From: Spirochaetia bacterium
GTDB lineage: Bacteria; Spirochaetota; Spirochaetia; SZUA-6; Bin103
Assembly (NCBI GenBank): GCA_965208575.1
Contig: CBDBOV010000002.1
Coordinates: 160,001-224,000, forward strand
Length of the DNA: 64,000 nucleotides
Direction of reading: 5' to 3'
This document shows, one piece after another, positions 31,044 through 40,381 of this stretch. Numbering within the stretch: position 1 is the first letter of the stretch; each line of letters opens with the position of its first letter. The position numbers were made by a program, and so were the translations under genes. The notes under the pieces are model-generated. The model was not told the origin of the DNA and did not search any database. It saw only the letters and a list, made by a program, of their open reading frames with translations.

Positions 31044-31880
31044 ATGATCGACCGCGAGCACGAGGGTCTGAGCATCAGCCGGCAGTGCCGCCTGATCGGG
31101 CTGAACCGGTCGACGCTGTACTACCGAGCGGTGGGCGAGAGCGCTGACACGCTCGCGTTGATGCGCCGCATCGACGAACTTTATCTGGAATGTCCGTTCT
31201 ACGGCAGCCGGCAGATGATGCGCCATCTGGCACGCGAGGGAAAGCGGGTCGGTCGGCACCGGGTGCGGCGGCTGATGCGGCTGTTGGGGCTGGAGGCGAT
31301 CTACCGCAAGCCACGCACCAGCGTCGCGCACCCGGACCATCGGGTGTATCCGTATCTGCTGCGAGGGCTTACGATTGAGCGCCCGAACCAGGTGTGGTGC
31401 GCGGACCTGACCTACATCCCGGTGCAGGGAGGATTTCTGTACCTGGTGGCGATCATGGACTGGGCGAGCCGGCGGGTGTTGGCCTGGCGGCTGTCCAACA
31501 CGATGGACACCTCCTTCTGCCTGGAGGCGTTGGCGGACGCTCTGGAAGACTTCGGCATTCCCGAGATCTTCAACACCGATCAGGGCAGCCAGTTCACCAG
31601 CATCGCGTTCACCGGCCAGTTGGAGGCGACCGGGATACGGTGCTCGATGGACGGGCGCGGTCGTTGTCTGGATAACGTATTCATCGAACGGTTGTGGCGC
31701 TCGCTGAAGTACGAGTCGGTATACCTGCACGATTTGGAGGATGGCTTCGAGGCGCAGCGGGTGATCGACGGGTGGATGGCATTCTACAACGAGACCCGAC
31801 CACACTCGGCGCTCGGCGGGCGTACGCCCGCGGAAGCGTACCGCGACGGGGTGGCGGAACAACAGCAGGAGGTGGCGTAG
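31044..31880 (+). CDS. IS3 transposase OrfB (DDE)
   Basis: NQVWCADLTY, NTDQGSQF, DNVFIERLWRSLKYE. Confidence 0.92.
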   Translation: MIDREHEGLSISRQCRLIGLNRSTLYYRAVGESADTLALMRRIDELYLECPFYGSRQMMRHLAREGKRVGRHRVRRLMRLLGLEAIYRKPRTSVAHPDHRVYPYLLRGLTIERPNQVWCADLTYIPVQGGFLYLVAIMDWASRRVLAWRLSNTMDTSFCLEALADALEDFGIPEIFNTDQGSQFTSIAFTGQLEATGIRCSMDGRGRCLDNVFIERLWRSLKYESVYLHDLEDGFEAQRVIDGWMAFYNETRPHSALGGRTPAEAYRDGVAEQQQEVA

Positions 31881-32518
31881 CGAACAGGAACGGCAGGCGG
31901 TTGGCATGGGGTGCAAGGGCATCCGAGGACCAACGGGAGCGCGAGCAGTGGGGACGAAGTATCCACATATCCACAGGCTCGCTCACCCCCTCCCCGGACC
32001 CCACCCCCATTACCGCCGCCTGATCATCTCGACCAGGAGGGTGGGTTGACAACGAACGAGATGCACTCTACAATATCCCATCCACTGTCCAACCTATCGG
32101 GTCCACGTCACATCAGGAAGGTCCATACGTCCTCGGCACCATAGCGCTGTATCCCCAAGGGCTGAGCGATGCATCGGTACAGGAGTTTACGATTGGCCGC
32201 GGCTGCAGCGACCACCCCCACAGACGCGGCAAAACAAAATGGTACGACAAGATCAAACAGCCAGTGCGGAGTTGCAAGCGTCTTGTCGCTCACGGTCAGG
32301 AGCGCCGGCTCTTGCCACCACGGGGCCAGCCCAGACAGAAGGAGTCCCGGGAACTGTCCGATGAGCGCAAATACGAGCACCTGCAAGAAATCACCCCACG
32401 ACTTCATGGCGCGGTCATGCGTCGATCTTCCCAAGGAGCGGTAGACCTGTGTGCCGAGATACCCTGGGACGAGCAGTATCGCCAGGGTTACGACGAAGCT
32501 ATTGAGATCCGGCATGCG

Positions 32519-32704
32519 TTAGTAGGGCGTCAGTCGTTTCCGCAGCAGCTTCCCGCTCTGCTCCAGCACCAGCTCGAACTCCTTGACGCACGCCGCCCGG
32601 TGGAGGTCGTAGATGATGTCCTCTTCGGCGGCGCCCTCCAGGTGCTCCAGTGCCAGCTCCAGCGTGGCGATGCAGCGGCGCAGAAAGGTAGTGTCGATGC
32701 TCAT
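32519..32704 (-). pseudogene. truncated nucleotidyltransferase substrate-binding (HI0074-like HEPN) protein
   Basis: MSIDTTFLRRCIATLE..RAACVKEFELVLEQSGKLLRKRL, stop after 61 aa; RBS GAAGGAG. Confidence 0.7.
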
Positions 32705-32724
32705 GGCGCTCTCCTTCACGGTGC

Positions 32725-33159
32725 CTACAACTCTGCCGGATCGGTAACCCGCACATGAGGCGAGAGCCGCCGGAAGTCGGCGACGTTGTAGGTGACGATC
32801 GCCTCGGCGCCGGCTTCGCTGAGCAGGCGAACGATGAACGCGTCGTAGGCGGCGCCTCCCGCGGCGGGTAACGCCGTCATCCCGGTCATGAAATTCCACA
32901 TCGACTCGACGCTGAACGGTGCGAGGCGAGCGTTCGCCTGTACGGTTTCGCGCAGCACGGTCTCGGCTTCGGACGGCCCCACCCGGTATTGAGGCGGGAG
33001 CCGCGTGAGAACGGCGTATGCCTCCAGCAGGGAGTGATGGGCTACGACCACGTCGTGCGTGTCGAACGCCGCGTCGAGCCAACGCGACGACGACACGTGC
33101 ACGGGATGGTTGGCGTGCACTGCCGCAATGATGACCGAGGTGTCCACGCCGACCGTCAC
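32725..33159 (-). CDS. PIN-domain toxin
   Basis: VDTSVIIAA, EAYAVLTRLP, GGAAYDAFI, IVTYNVADF. Confidence 0.85.
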   Translation of the reverse strand: MTVGVDTSVIIAAVHANHPVHVSSSRWLDAAFDTHDVVVAHHSLLEAYAVLTRLPPQYRVGPSEAETVLRETVQANARLAPFSVESMWNFMTGMTALPAAGGAAYDAFIVRLLSEAGAEAIVTYNVADFRRLSPHVRVTDPAEL

Positions 33160-33422
33160 CTCAGCAACCCGCCCCTGCCGTCGAGGTGGGCGGCCCTGAC
33201 CCGGTCGACGGAGAAAACCTCAGCGGATGCCGTGTCGGCGCCGGTATCCACCGCGGTGATGCGGCCGCGCCGCACGATGCGCCGCTTGGGCATGACCGGC
33301 ACCAGCGTGATGCCGTCCGGAATCGTGACTATCTCGACCTCCGCGCCCGGCTCGAACCGGTAGCGCTCGCGCAGCGGTTTCGGTATCACGAGGCGGCCGA
33401 AGTTGTCGATTCGCGTCTTCAT
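33156..33422 (-). CDS. AbrB/MazE-type antitoxin
   Basis: MKTRIDNFGRLVIPKPLRERY. Confidence 0.85.
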   Translation of the reverse strand: MKTRIDNFGRLVIPKPLRERYRFEPGAEVEIVTIPDGITLVPVMPKRRIVRRGRITAVDTGADTASAEVFSVDRVRAAHLDGRGGLLR

Positions 33423-33488
33423 GACTGACGATAATACCAGGAAGGCTGGCAATTGCCAAGAGGATTGCCAATCACCTCCTGGACTGTC

Positions 33489-33530
33489 GAAAAGAAACGC
33501 CCCGAACCGCGTTGCAGCCCGGGGCGTTTC
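33489..33530 (-). terminator. rho-independent terminator after the ABC operon
   Basis: On the minus strand, GAAACGCCCCG..CGGGGCGTTTC stem followed by TTTT. Confidence 0.65.
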
Positions 33531-33549
33531 ACGTCGGCGGGCTCGATGG

Positions 33550-35127
33550 TTACATCGAGGCTTTCCACTGGCGGTTGGCTTCTTCGGTGAGCCGGTCGCC
33601 GCCGCGGCGGGTCCACTCGTCGACGTAGGCGTCCCAGTCGGAAGTAAAGTTGGCCTGGCCGATGATGGCGCGGAAGAAGAACTCGCTCTCCACCTCGCGG
33701 AGCTGGTTTTCGACGGCGCGCAGCTCCTCGTCCCACTGGGGAACGAAGCCGTTGTCGAGCTTCGGCGCATCGATGCCGATGGTGTGCGGAATGGTGCGCC
33801 AGCGCGGCAGCCGGAAGCGCGAGATATCGGGCGTGATGGTGTTCCACATGGTGAAGTACTGCCAGCCCTGGTTGGTGCGCTCCTCGCCGGTGCCGAAGCC
33901 CGGCTTCTGAATCAGCAGTCCATCCGCGTCCCACTCGTAGTGGGTGCCTTCCTCGCCGTAGGCCACCCTGCCGTACAGCTCCATGTTGGTGTGGATCTCG
34001 TCGAGCATGGCGAGCAGCTTCTCGGTGACCGCGTCCGACGCGTTGGCGCCGATCGAGGTGTTGCCGAGGATCGGGTTGAAGTTGACCGACGCCTTGCCGC
34101 CGGGCCCCTCGTAGGCGATGAAGTAGACCAGCTCGGTTTCCGGCACGTTCTTGAGCAGCACGCCGGTGGGGCCGCTCGGGCGCGGGCCGGTCCACGCCGG
34201 CGATGCCTGGAAGGCGCCCACGATGCCGTTGGAGAACTTGGTGATCAGCTCCGAGCGCTTGTCGGTGACGAATTCGGGATCGATGATCTCCTCTTCGTAC
34301 CAGCGGTGCAGGAACGCCAGCGCTTCCTTGTAGCCGTCCGAGATCATCGAGTACTGCAGCGCCCCGCCGACCTCCTGCCACGACGAGATGCGCACGCCGT
34401 GGGCGCCGAACTCGTTCGGGAACGCCCACTGGGCGCCGGCGTTGAAGCTGACGGTGTTGCTGTTCTTGTACACCGAGATGCCGTAGGTGTCCTTCTGGCC
34501 GTTGCCGTCCGGATCCTCGTTGCGGTACTTGCGCAGCAGGCGCTCGACATCCTCCAGGCTGGAGTAGTCGGAGTAGGGGGAGCCGAGCATGCGCTTCTCC
34601 GGCAGCGGCTCGCCGACCGCCTCCAGCCAGTCGCGCCGGGTCACGAAGGTGGCCCCCGAGGCGATGGCGACGTTGACGCTCGGGATGCCGACCACCTCGC
34701 CGCCCGAGGTCACCGTCTGCCAGCCGTACGGGCCGGCGATCTGATCGACCAGCTTGGTGTAGTTGGGCATGTGCCGGCGCAGGTAGTCCTCGGACAGCAC
34801 CCGCACCGCGCCGATGTCGTGCAGGCCGGAACGGATCGCATCGGTCTTGATGTAGTCGGGAATGTCGCCGGACGCGATGCGCGTCTTCCACTGGTCCGAC
34901 TGGTACAGGTCGACGTCGGTCCACGGCTCCAGTTCGACGTTGAAGTACTCTTCCAGGTACAGCTCGGTCGGGCTGTCGGGCGGCAGCAGGACGCCGCGGT
35001 TGTTCGGCCCCATCCAACTGATCGTGAGCCGCTCCTCGGCGGCCGCTTCCTCCTGCTCGGCGCCGCCGAACGCGAGGCCGGCGGCCAGCAGGCAGGCAAG
35101 CGCCAGGAGCCATGTCTTGTGTGCCAT
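33550..35127 (-). CDS. carbohydrate ABC transporter extracellular solute-binding protein
   Basis: Signal peptide then GGAEQEE; IASGDIPD, RRDWLEAVG, DPDGNGQKDTYG. Confidence 0.85.
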   Translation of the reverse strand: MAHKTWLLALACLLAAGLAFGGAEQEEAAAEERLTISWMGPNNRGVLLPPDSPTELYLEEYFNVELEPWTDVDLYQSDQWKTRIASGDIPDYIKTDAIRSGLHDIGAVRVLSEDYLRRHMPNYTKLVDQIAGPYGWQTVTSGGEVVGIPSVNVAIASGATFVTRRDWLEAVGEPLPEKRMLGSPYSDYSSLEDVERLLRKYRNEDPDGNGQKDTYGISVYKNSNTVSFNAGAQWAFPNEFGAHGVRISSWQEVGGALQYSMISDGYKEALAFLHRWYEEEIIDPEFVTDKRSELITKFSNGIVGAFQASPAWTGPRPSGPTGVLLKNVPETELVYFIAYEGPGGKASVNFNPILGNTSIGANASDAVTEKLLAMLDEIHTNMELYGRVAYGEEGTHYEWDADGLLIQKPGFGTGEERTNQGWQYFTMWNTITPDISRFRLPRWRTIPHTIGIDAPKLDNGFVPQWDEELRAVENQLREVESEFFFRAIIGQANFTSDWDAYVDEWTRRGGDRLTEEANRQWKASM

Positions 35128-35250
35128 GCACACCTCCTTGTGTGAGTTGTCTGATCGCGCCAACCGAGTGGCGCCGCGGAAAGCGGTCGCGCCGCTCCCG
35201 ATCCCGTTGTTCGGTACCGTCTGGCCGGTTACCCTTCAGGCAGCCGTCCG

Positions 35251-36165
35251 TCATCCTTTCAGGCTGCCGGTCATGATTCCCTTGACGAAGTACCGCTGCA
35301 GGAACGGGTACAGGAGTATAATCGGGCCGATGGCGATGTACAACGTCGCTGCCTTGATCGTTTCCACCACGAAGCTGCTCTCCAGCTCGTCCACCGACAG
35401 GTCGAGCAGGTTGGACGCCTGGTGCTCGATCAGGATGCGCCGCAACATCAGTTGCAGCACCAGTTGCTCCCGCTTCGGCGTATACAGCAGGGCGTCGAAC
35501 CAGGAGTCCCAGTGGAACACCGCCGACCACAGCGCGATGGTGGCCACCACCGGCATCGACACCGGCACGATGATGCGCAGCAGCACGGTGTAGGCCGAGG
35601 CGCCGTCCATGAACGCGGACTCCTCCAGCTCCGGCGGGATGGCGCGGAAGAAGTTGCGCATGATGATGATGTAGTAGGCGCTGGCGGCGGGCGGCAGGAT
35701 CAGCGCCAGCCGGTTGTTGTGCAGCCCCATCTGCCCCATCCACAGGTAGGTGGCGATCAGGCCGCCGGAGAAGAACATGGTGAAGATCATCAGCAGGGTG
35801 ATGGTCTTGTTCAGGGGCAGCGTGCGCCGCGCGAGCGCGTAGGCGGCGGAGAACGACACGAACAGCGTCACCAGGGTGCCGGCGACCGTCCTGAGGACGG
35901 TGTTGTAGTAGGCGATGCCGACCGTGTCCTTGGACAGCACGTCGCGGTAGGCGTCGAGGGTCGCCGGGCGCGGCCACAGCCGGAAGCCGACCGAGTACAC
36001 GTTCTCGGGGGTGGAGAAGGAGTCGATCAGCATGGTCCAGAACGGGTAGATCACCGACACCGAGAAGCCGATCATGACGATCCACACCACCGCGTCCACG
36101 ATCACGTCCTCGAGCGTGCGCCGTTTCAGGGCGGCTCGTCTGACGGTCGGCAGGCGCAGGCGCAT
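35251..36165 (-). CDS. carbohydrate ABC transporter permease
   Basis: MFFSGGLIATY, FFRAIPPELEESAFMDGA, YPFLQRYFVKG. Confidence 0.9.
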   Translation of the reverse strand: MRLRLPTVRRAALKRRTLEDVIVDAVVWIVMIGFSVSVIYPFWTMLIDSFSTPENVYSVGFRLWPRPATLDAYRDVLSKDTVGIAYYNTVLRTVAGTLVTLFVSFSAAYALARRTLPLNKTITLLMIFTMFFSGGLIATYLWMGQMGLHNNRLALILPPAASAYYIIIMRNFFRAIPPELEESAFMDGASAYTVLLRIIVPVSMPVVATIALWSAVFHWDSWFDALLYTPKREQLVLQLMLRRILIEHQASNLLDLSVDELESSFVVETIKAATLYIAIGPIILLYPFLQRYFVKGIMTGSLKG

Positions 36166-36170
36166 GGGAG

Positions 36171-37130
36171 CTAGACCACCGAGTAGTCGGCCTGCATGCG
36201 CCGGGTCACCACGTTGACCATCAGCAGCAGCATCAGCCCGACCACGTTCTGGAACAGGCTCGCCGCGGCCGTCAGGCTGTACTGAAAGCCGCTGATGCCC
36301 TCGCGGTACACGTAGGTGTCGATGATGTCCGCGACGTCGTACACCAGCGGGTTGTACAGGTTGAAGATCTGGTCGAAGCCGGCCTCCAGGATGTTCCCGA
36401 TGCGCAGCAGGAACAGGATGATGATGACGTGCGTGATCGACGGCAGGGTGATGTGCCACATGCGCCGCACCCGCCCGGCGCCGTCGATCTCCGCCGCCTC
36501 GTACAGGTCCGGGTCGATGCTGGTGATCGCCGCCAGGTAGATGATCGACCCCCAGCCGATGTTCTTCCAGATCATGGAGGTGATGACGATCGGCAGGAAC
36601 GAGTGCATCTCCTGCAGGAACAGGCGCGGCTCGGCGCCGAAGAATCCCATCATGCCGTTGATGACGCCGTGCACGGACAGCACGTCGCGCACGATGCCGC
36701 CCACCACCACCCAGGACACGAAGTGCGGCAGGTAGCTGATGGTCTGGAACGACTTCTTCCAGGCCGTCTGGCGCACCTCGTTGAGCAGCAGGGCGAAGAT
36801 GATCGGCCCCGGGAAGCCGATGGCGATCTTCAGGAAGCTGATGCGGATCGAGTTCCACAGCACCTGGTAGAACTTCTCGGAGTCGAACAGGCGCTCGAAG
36901 TAGGTGAACCCGACCCAGGGGCTGCCGAACAGGCCGCCGGCGATGGTGTACTTCTTGAAGGCGATCACGATGCCGGCCATCGGGATGTAGCGGAACAGGA
37001 CGAAGATCACCAGCGCCGGCAGCAGCAGCAGCAGGTACTCGCGGTGCCGGTACACCTCCTCGAGAAACGTGCCGCGCGCACCGGTGCCGCCCCTGGCACC
37101 CTTCGTCGCGACCATCATCTCCTCGCTCAT
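36171..37130 (-). CDS. carbohydrate ABC transporter permease
   Basis: SYLPHFVSWVVV, GWGSIIYLAA..LYEAAEIDGA, DIIDTYVY. Confidence 0.9.
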   Translation of the reverse strand: MSEEMMVATKGARGGTGARGTFLEEVYRHREYLLLLLPALVIFVLFRYIPMAGIVIAFKKYTIAGGLFGSPWVGFTYFERLFDSEKFYQVLWNSIRISFLKIAIGFPGPIIFALLLNEVRQTAWKKSFQTISYLPHFVSWVVVGGIVRDVLSVHGVINGMMGFFGAEPRLFLQEMHSFLPIVITSMIWKNIGWGSIIYLAAITSIDPDLYEAAEIDGAGRVRRMWHITLPSITHVIIILFLLRIGNILEAGFDQIFNLYNPLVYDVADIIDTYVYREGISGFQYSLTAAASLFQNVVGLMLLLMVNVVTRRMQADYSVV

Positions 37131-37236
37131 CCCAATTCCTTCCGACGGTCATCGATCATATGCGATGCCACTTCCAGGCGGCTTCCCTCAGTGTGGTAGC
37201 GGCGTGCAGGCTGCGGTCGAGGCTGCTGCCGCGGCC

Positions 37237-38233
37237 TCAGACGGTGGACTCCGTCCCGCTGTCCTTCGCGTCGACTCGCTGCCTGAGCCGCTGGAATGCC
37301 GCCTCGTCGACTCCCGTGGCCGCTTCGATGATGGGCCACGGTACATTTCGTGCCACGAACCCCTCGATGGCTCGCACCTGGCCCTTCAGTTCCCCCTCCC
37401 GGCGGCCTTCCCGACGGCCTCGCTCGATCATTTCTTCCACGTAATTCATCACCTCTCCCCCGCGTCCCGGCACGTTCCTCCGCAGCGCCTCCGAAAACAC
37501 CTTGCGCTGTGCTTCCGGCTGCGTCGCCAGCACGTACTCCACGTGCTTCGCCACTTCCTCGAACCCCTTGGCGCGGTACAACTCCCCGATCAACCGCGTC
37601 ACCCACTCCAGCAACTCCCGCGGCGCTTTCCGAAAACGTCGCCATCATCGCGATCTGCAACACTCGCGCCGCTACCGCGCCGGTCACCGATTGCGCGTCC
37701 AACCCGGTCTGGTCGATCAGCAGGTGTTCGAACCTCGGCACCCAGCGCCACTCCTGTGCCGCGTCCGCTACCAGGTCCGCAAACTCCCGCGCGTGCTCCC
37801 ACCGTTGCGCTCCCCGATAGAATACCACCGGCACCAGCAGCGGCAACCGCTCGTCATCCTCATGGGTCCGGTGCCACTGCTGCCACATCTGTACGCAGTA
37901 GCCGAGCAACCGCAACCGCAGCCACCGGTCCGGGGTCGACTGATGCTCCAGCAGCACATACACCAGCACGGGCGTCTCGGTACCTTCCCGCTGCACCGAA
38001 TACAGCATGTCGGTCTCGTTGCGCCGCCACTCGTCATCCACGAAGCGACCGCGCAGCAGGGAGAGCGTCGACCACTTCAGCGTGTCGGCGAGTGGGCGCG
38101 GCACGCAGGTGCGCAGCAGGCTGGCGGCGTCCTGCTCGTTCGAGAACACGCGCTGGAAGTACTTGTCGTGCGGCTGGCTGATCGCCGCCTCCGACGCGCC
38201 ATCCGCCTGTTCTCCTGCGCGCTCGTCAGCCAT
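37237..38233 (-). pseudogene. Rpn/YhgA-like PD-(D/E)XK nuclease, frameshifted
   Basis: HDKYFQRVF, TDMLYSV, LLEHQSTPD, PVVFY; extra T in a T-run near 37635; C-terminal GRREGRREG repeat. Confidence 0.82.
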
Positions 38234-38399
38234 GAGACCCGGCGGCGAACGTATCCGTGCACGTTCTTCGGTGTCAACGGCAGATCGGGGGGGCGCGGGG
38301 GACGGGTACGGGGGGCCTCTGAACACGGAACGGCAGGAGGGGCTTGGTCGTTCGGCACGCAGCTTGGCCCGCTCTCGCCGAGGCGCTACGATCCGCGGC

Positions 38400-39845
38400 A
38401 TGGCAAGCGAATTCCCCAACATACTGTGGATCTGCACCGACCAGCAACGCTGGGATACCGTCCACTGCCTGAACAACCCGCACATCCACACGCCGGTGGT
38501 CGACCGGCTGTGCGCCGAGGGGGTGGCGTTCAGCCGCACGTATTGCCAGAGCCCGGTGTGCCAGCCGAGCCGCGCCAGCTTCCTCACCGGCCTGTACCCC
38601 AACACCATCCACGTGAACCGCAACGGCAACGCCTACTTTCCCGCCAACGAGCGGGTGCGGCTGATCACGCGCCGCCTCGCCGACCGCGGCTACGACTGCG
38701 GGCTCGCCGGCAAGCTGCACATCGCCTCCTGCTGGACCGGGGCGGAGCCGCGCGTGGACGACGGCTACCGCGTGTTCCACCTCAGCACGTCGGCGCTGCA
38801 GTTCGTCGGCCGCGGCAACGCCTACACCGACTGGCTGACCCGCGTCGGGCGCCTGGATGAGGCGATCGACACCAGCGGCATCGACCCCGCCCGCAACAGC
38901 GGCGCCCGCTACCGCCCCGACATCCCGCCCGAGCTGCACCAGAGTGCCTGGTGCGCCGACCGCGCCATCGAGTTCATCGAGCAGCCGCGCGGCGGCCCGT
39001 GGCTGATGAGCGTGAACATCTTCGACCCGCACGGTCCGTTCGACGCGCCCCTCTCATACCAGCAGCGCTACCTGGACAAGGAGCTGCCGCCGGCAATCTA
39101 CGGCGAGCACGACGCCGACACCCAGGAGCGGCTGCGCGGCGCGTTCTTCCAGCAGTACTCGGGGCCGCCGGGCGACAAGCAGCGGCGCCAGAAGGCGTCC
39201 TACTACGGCATGATCGAACTGATCGACGAGCAGGTGGGGCGCATGCTGGATGCGCTGTCGCGCACCGGCCAGCGCGACGATACCGTGGTGATCTTCATGT
39301 CCGACCACGGCGAGATGCTCGGCGACCACGGCCTCACCGCCAAGGGCTGCCGCTTCTACGAGGGCGCGGTGCGCGTGCCGCTGATCATCTCCTGGCCGGG
39401 CCGCTTCCGGCAGGGGCTGGTGGCCGACGGCCTGGTCGAGCTGACCGACGTGGCCCCGACCCTCGCCGAGCTGACCGGCGAGCCGCTGCCGTGGACCAAC
39501 GGCCGCTCGCTGCTGCCGATCCTGACCGGAGCCGCCGACCCGGCACGCCACCGCGACCACGTGCGCTGCGAATACTACGACGCCCTGAACATGTACCTGC
39601 CCCAGGAGCCGGGCCGCCACACCCCCTGCTGGGCCACCATGTACCGCGACGACCGCCACAAGCTGGTCACCTACCACGGCCTCGGCCACGGCGAACTGTA
39701 CGACCTCGACCACGACCCGCAGGAGCTCACCAACCTCTGGGAGGACCCGTCCGCGGCCCCGTTGCGCGCCGGCCTCACCCAGAAGAGCTTCGACGCCACC
39801 GTGGCAGCGAGCGACCCCGGCCCCGACCAGATCGGCCGCTTCTGA
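38400..39845 (+). CDS. sulfatase (Cys-type)
   Basis: PNILWICTDQQR, CQPSRAS, GKLH, SDHGEMLGDH. Confidence 0.92.
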   Translation: MASEFPNILWICTDQQRWDTVHCLNNPHIHTPVVDRLCAEGVAFSRTYCQSPVCQPSRASFLTGLYPNTIHVNRNGNAYFPANERVRLITRRLADRGYDCGLAGKLHIASCWTGAEPRVDDGYRVFHLSTSALQFVGRGNAYTDWLTRVGRLDEAIDTSGIDPARNSGARYRPDIPPELHQSAWCADRAIEFIEQPRGGPWLMSVNIFDPHGPFDAPLSYQQRYLDKELPPAIYGEHDADTQERLRGAFFQQYSGPPGDKQRRQKASYYGMIELIDEQVGRMLDALSRTGQRDDTVVIFMSDHGEMLGDHGLTAKGCRFYEGAVRVPLIISWPGRFRQGLVADGLVELTDVAPTLAELTGEPLPWTNGRSLLPILTGAADPARHRDHVRCEYYDALNMYLPQEPGRHTPCWATMYRDDRHKLVTYHGLGHGELYDLDHDPQELTNLWEDPSAAPLRAGLTQKSFDATVAASDPGPDQIGRF

Positions 39846-39949
39846 ATCGGGTGGCCACCGGAATGGACCACCCGATCACGGTCGTCGCCGTCGCGGGCTA
39901 AGTTTAGACACTTGTTTTTAACACTATAACTGTCGTATATTGGTCGTCG

Positions 39950-40381
39950 ATGGCGCATGAAGGCGATCGGATCGGGATCGACGAGCTGTGTGTGCTGGTG
40001 GATATGCCGCGGCGCACCGTCCGTTACTACATCCAGGAGCGGCTGGTCGACCGGCCCGCCGGCGCCAAGCGCGGCGCTTACTACACCAGGCGCCACGTCG
40101 AGCAGTTGATGACGATTCGCACCTGGCAGCGGGCCGGCCTGAGCCTGGAGCGGATCCGCGAGTTGGTGTCCGGCGGCGGAGCAACTGCTTCTCCGCTGCC
40201 GCCGCCGCGCGCCCGGCGCCCCGGAGAGGTGACGTTGCGCACGCACGTCACGCTCGCCCCCGGCGTCGAGTTGGTGATCGACCCGCAGGAGGCCGGCCTC
40301 GGCGCCGAGGCGGTGCGGGCGATCGTCCGTCGAGCCGCATCACTGGTCGAGCAGATACGCAAGGAGGATGCCGAGAAATGA
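39950..40381 (+). CDS. MerR-like HTH protein
   Basis: RTVRYYIQERLVDRP..YTRRHVEQL..GLSLERIR. Confidence 0.8.
   Translation: MAHEGDRIGIDELCVLVDMPRRTVRYYIQERLVDRPAGAKRGAYYTRRHVEQLMTIRTWQRAGLSLERIRELVSGGGATASPLPPPRARRPGEVTLRTHVTLAPGVELVIDPQEAGLGAEAVRAIVRRAASLVEQIRKEDAEK

Larger units (their letters stand above)
30672..32110 (+). mobile_element. IS3-family insertion sequence
   Basis: TG..CA imperfect terminal IRs (TGAGCTGGTCCCGGAAAAACGGAC vs TGACGTGGACCCGATAGGTTGGAC); 3-bp TSD CAT at 30669-30671 and 32111-32113. Confidence 0.93.
30402..32515 (-). pseudogene. DUF6338-like membrane protein split by IS3
   Basis: N-part 32111-32515 (LLVPGY, three TMs, ..EDVWTFLM) rejoins in frame to C-part 30402-30671 (MHSKGSGWI..YKGWIQLYSD..RELLLNDV) when the IS is removed. 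Confidence 0.8.
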
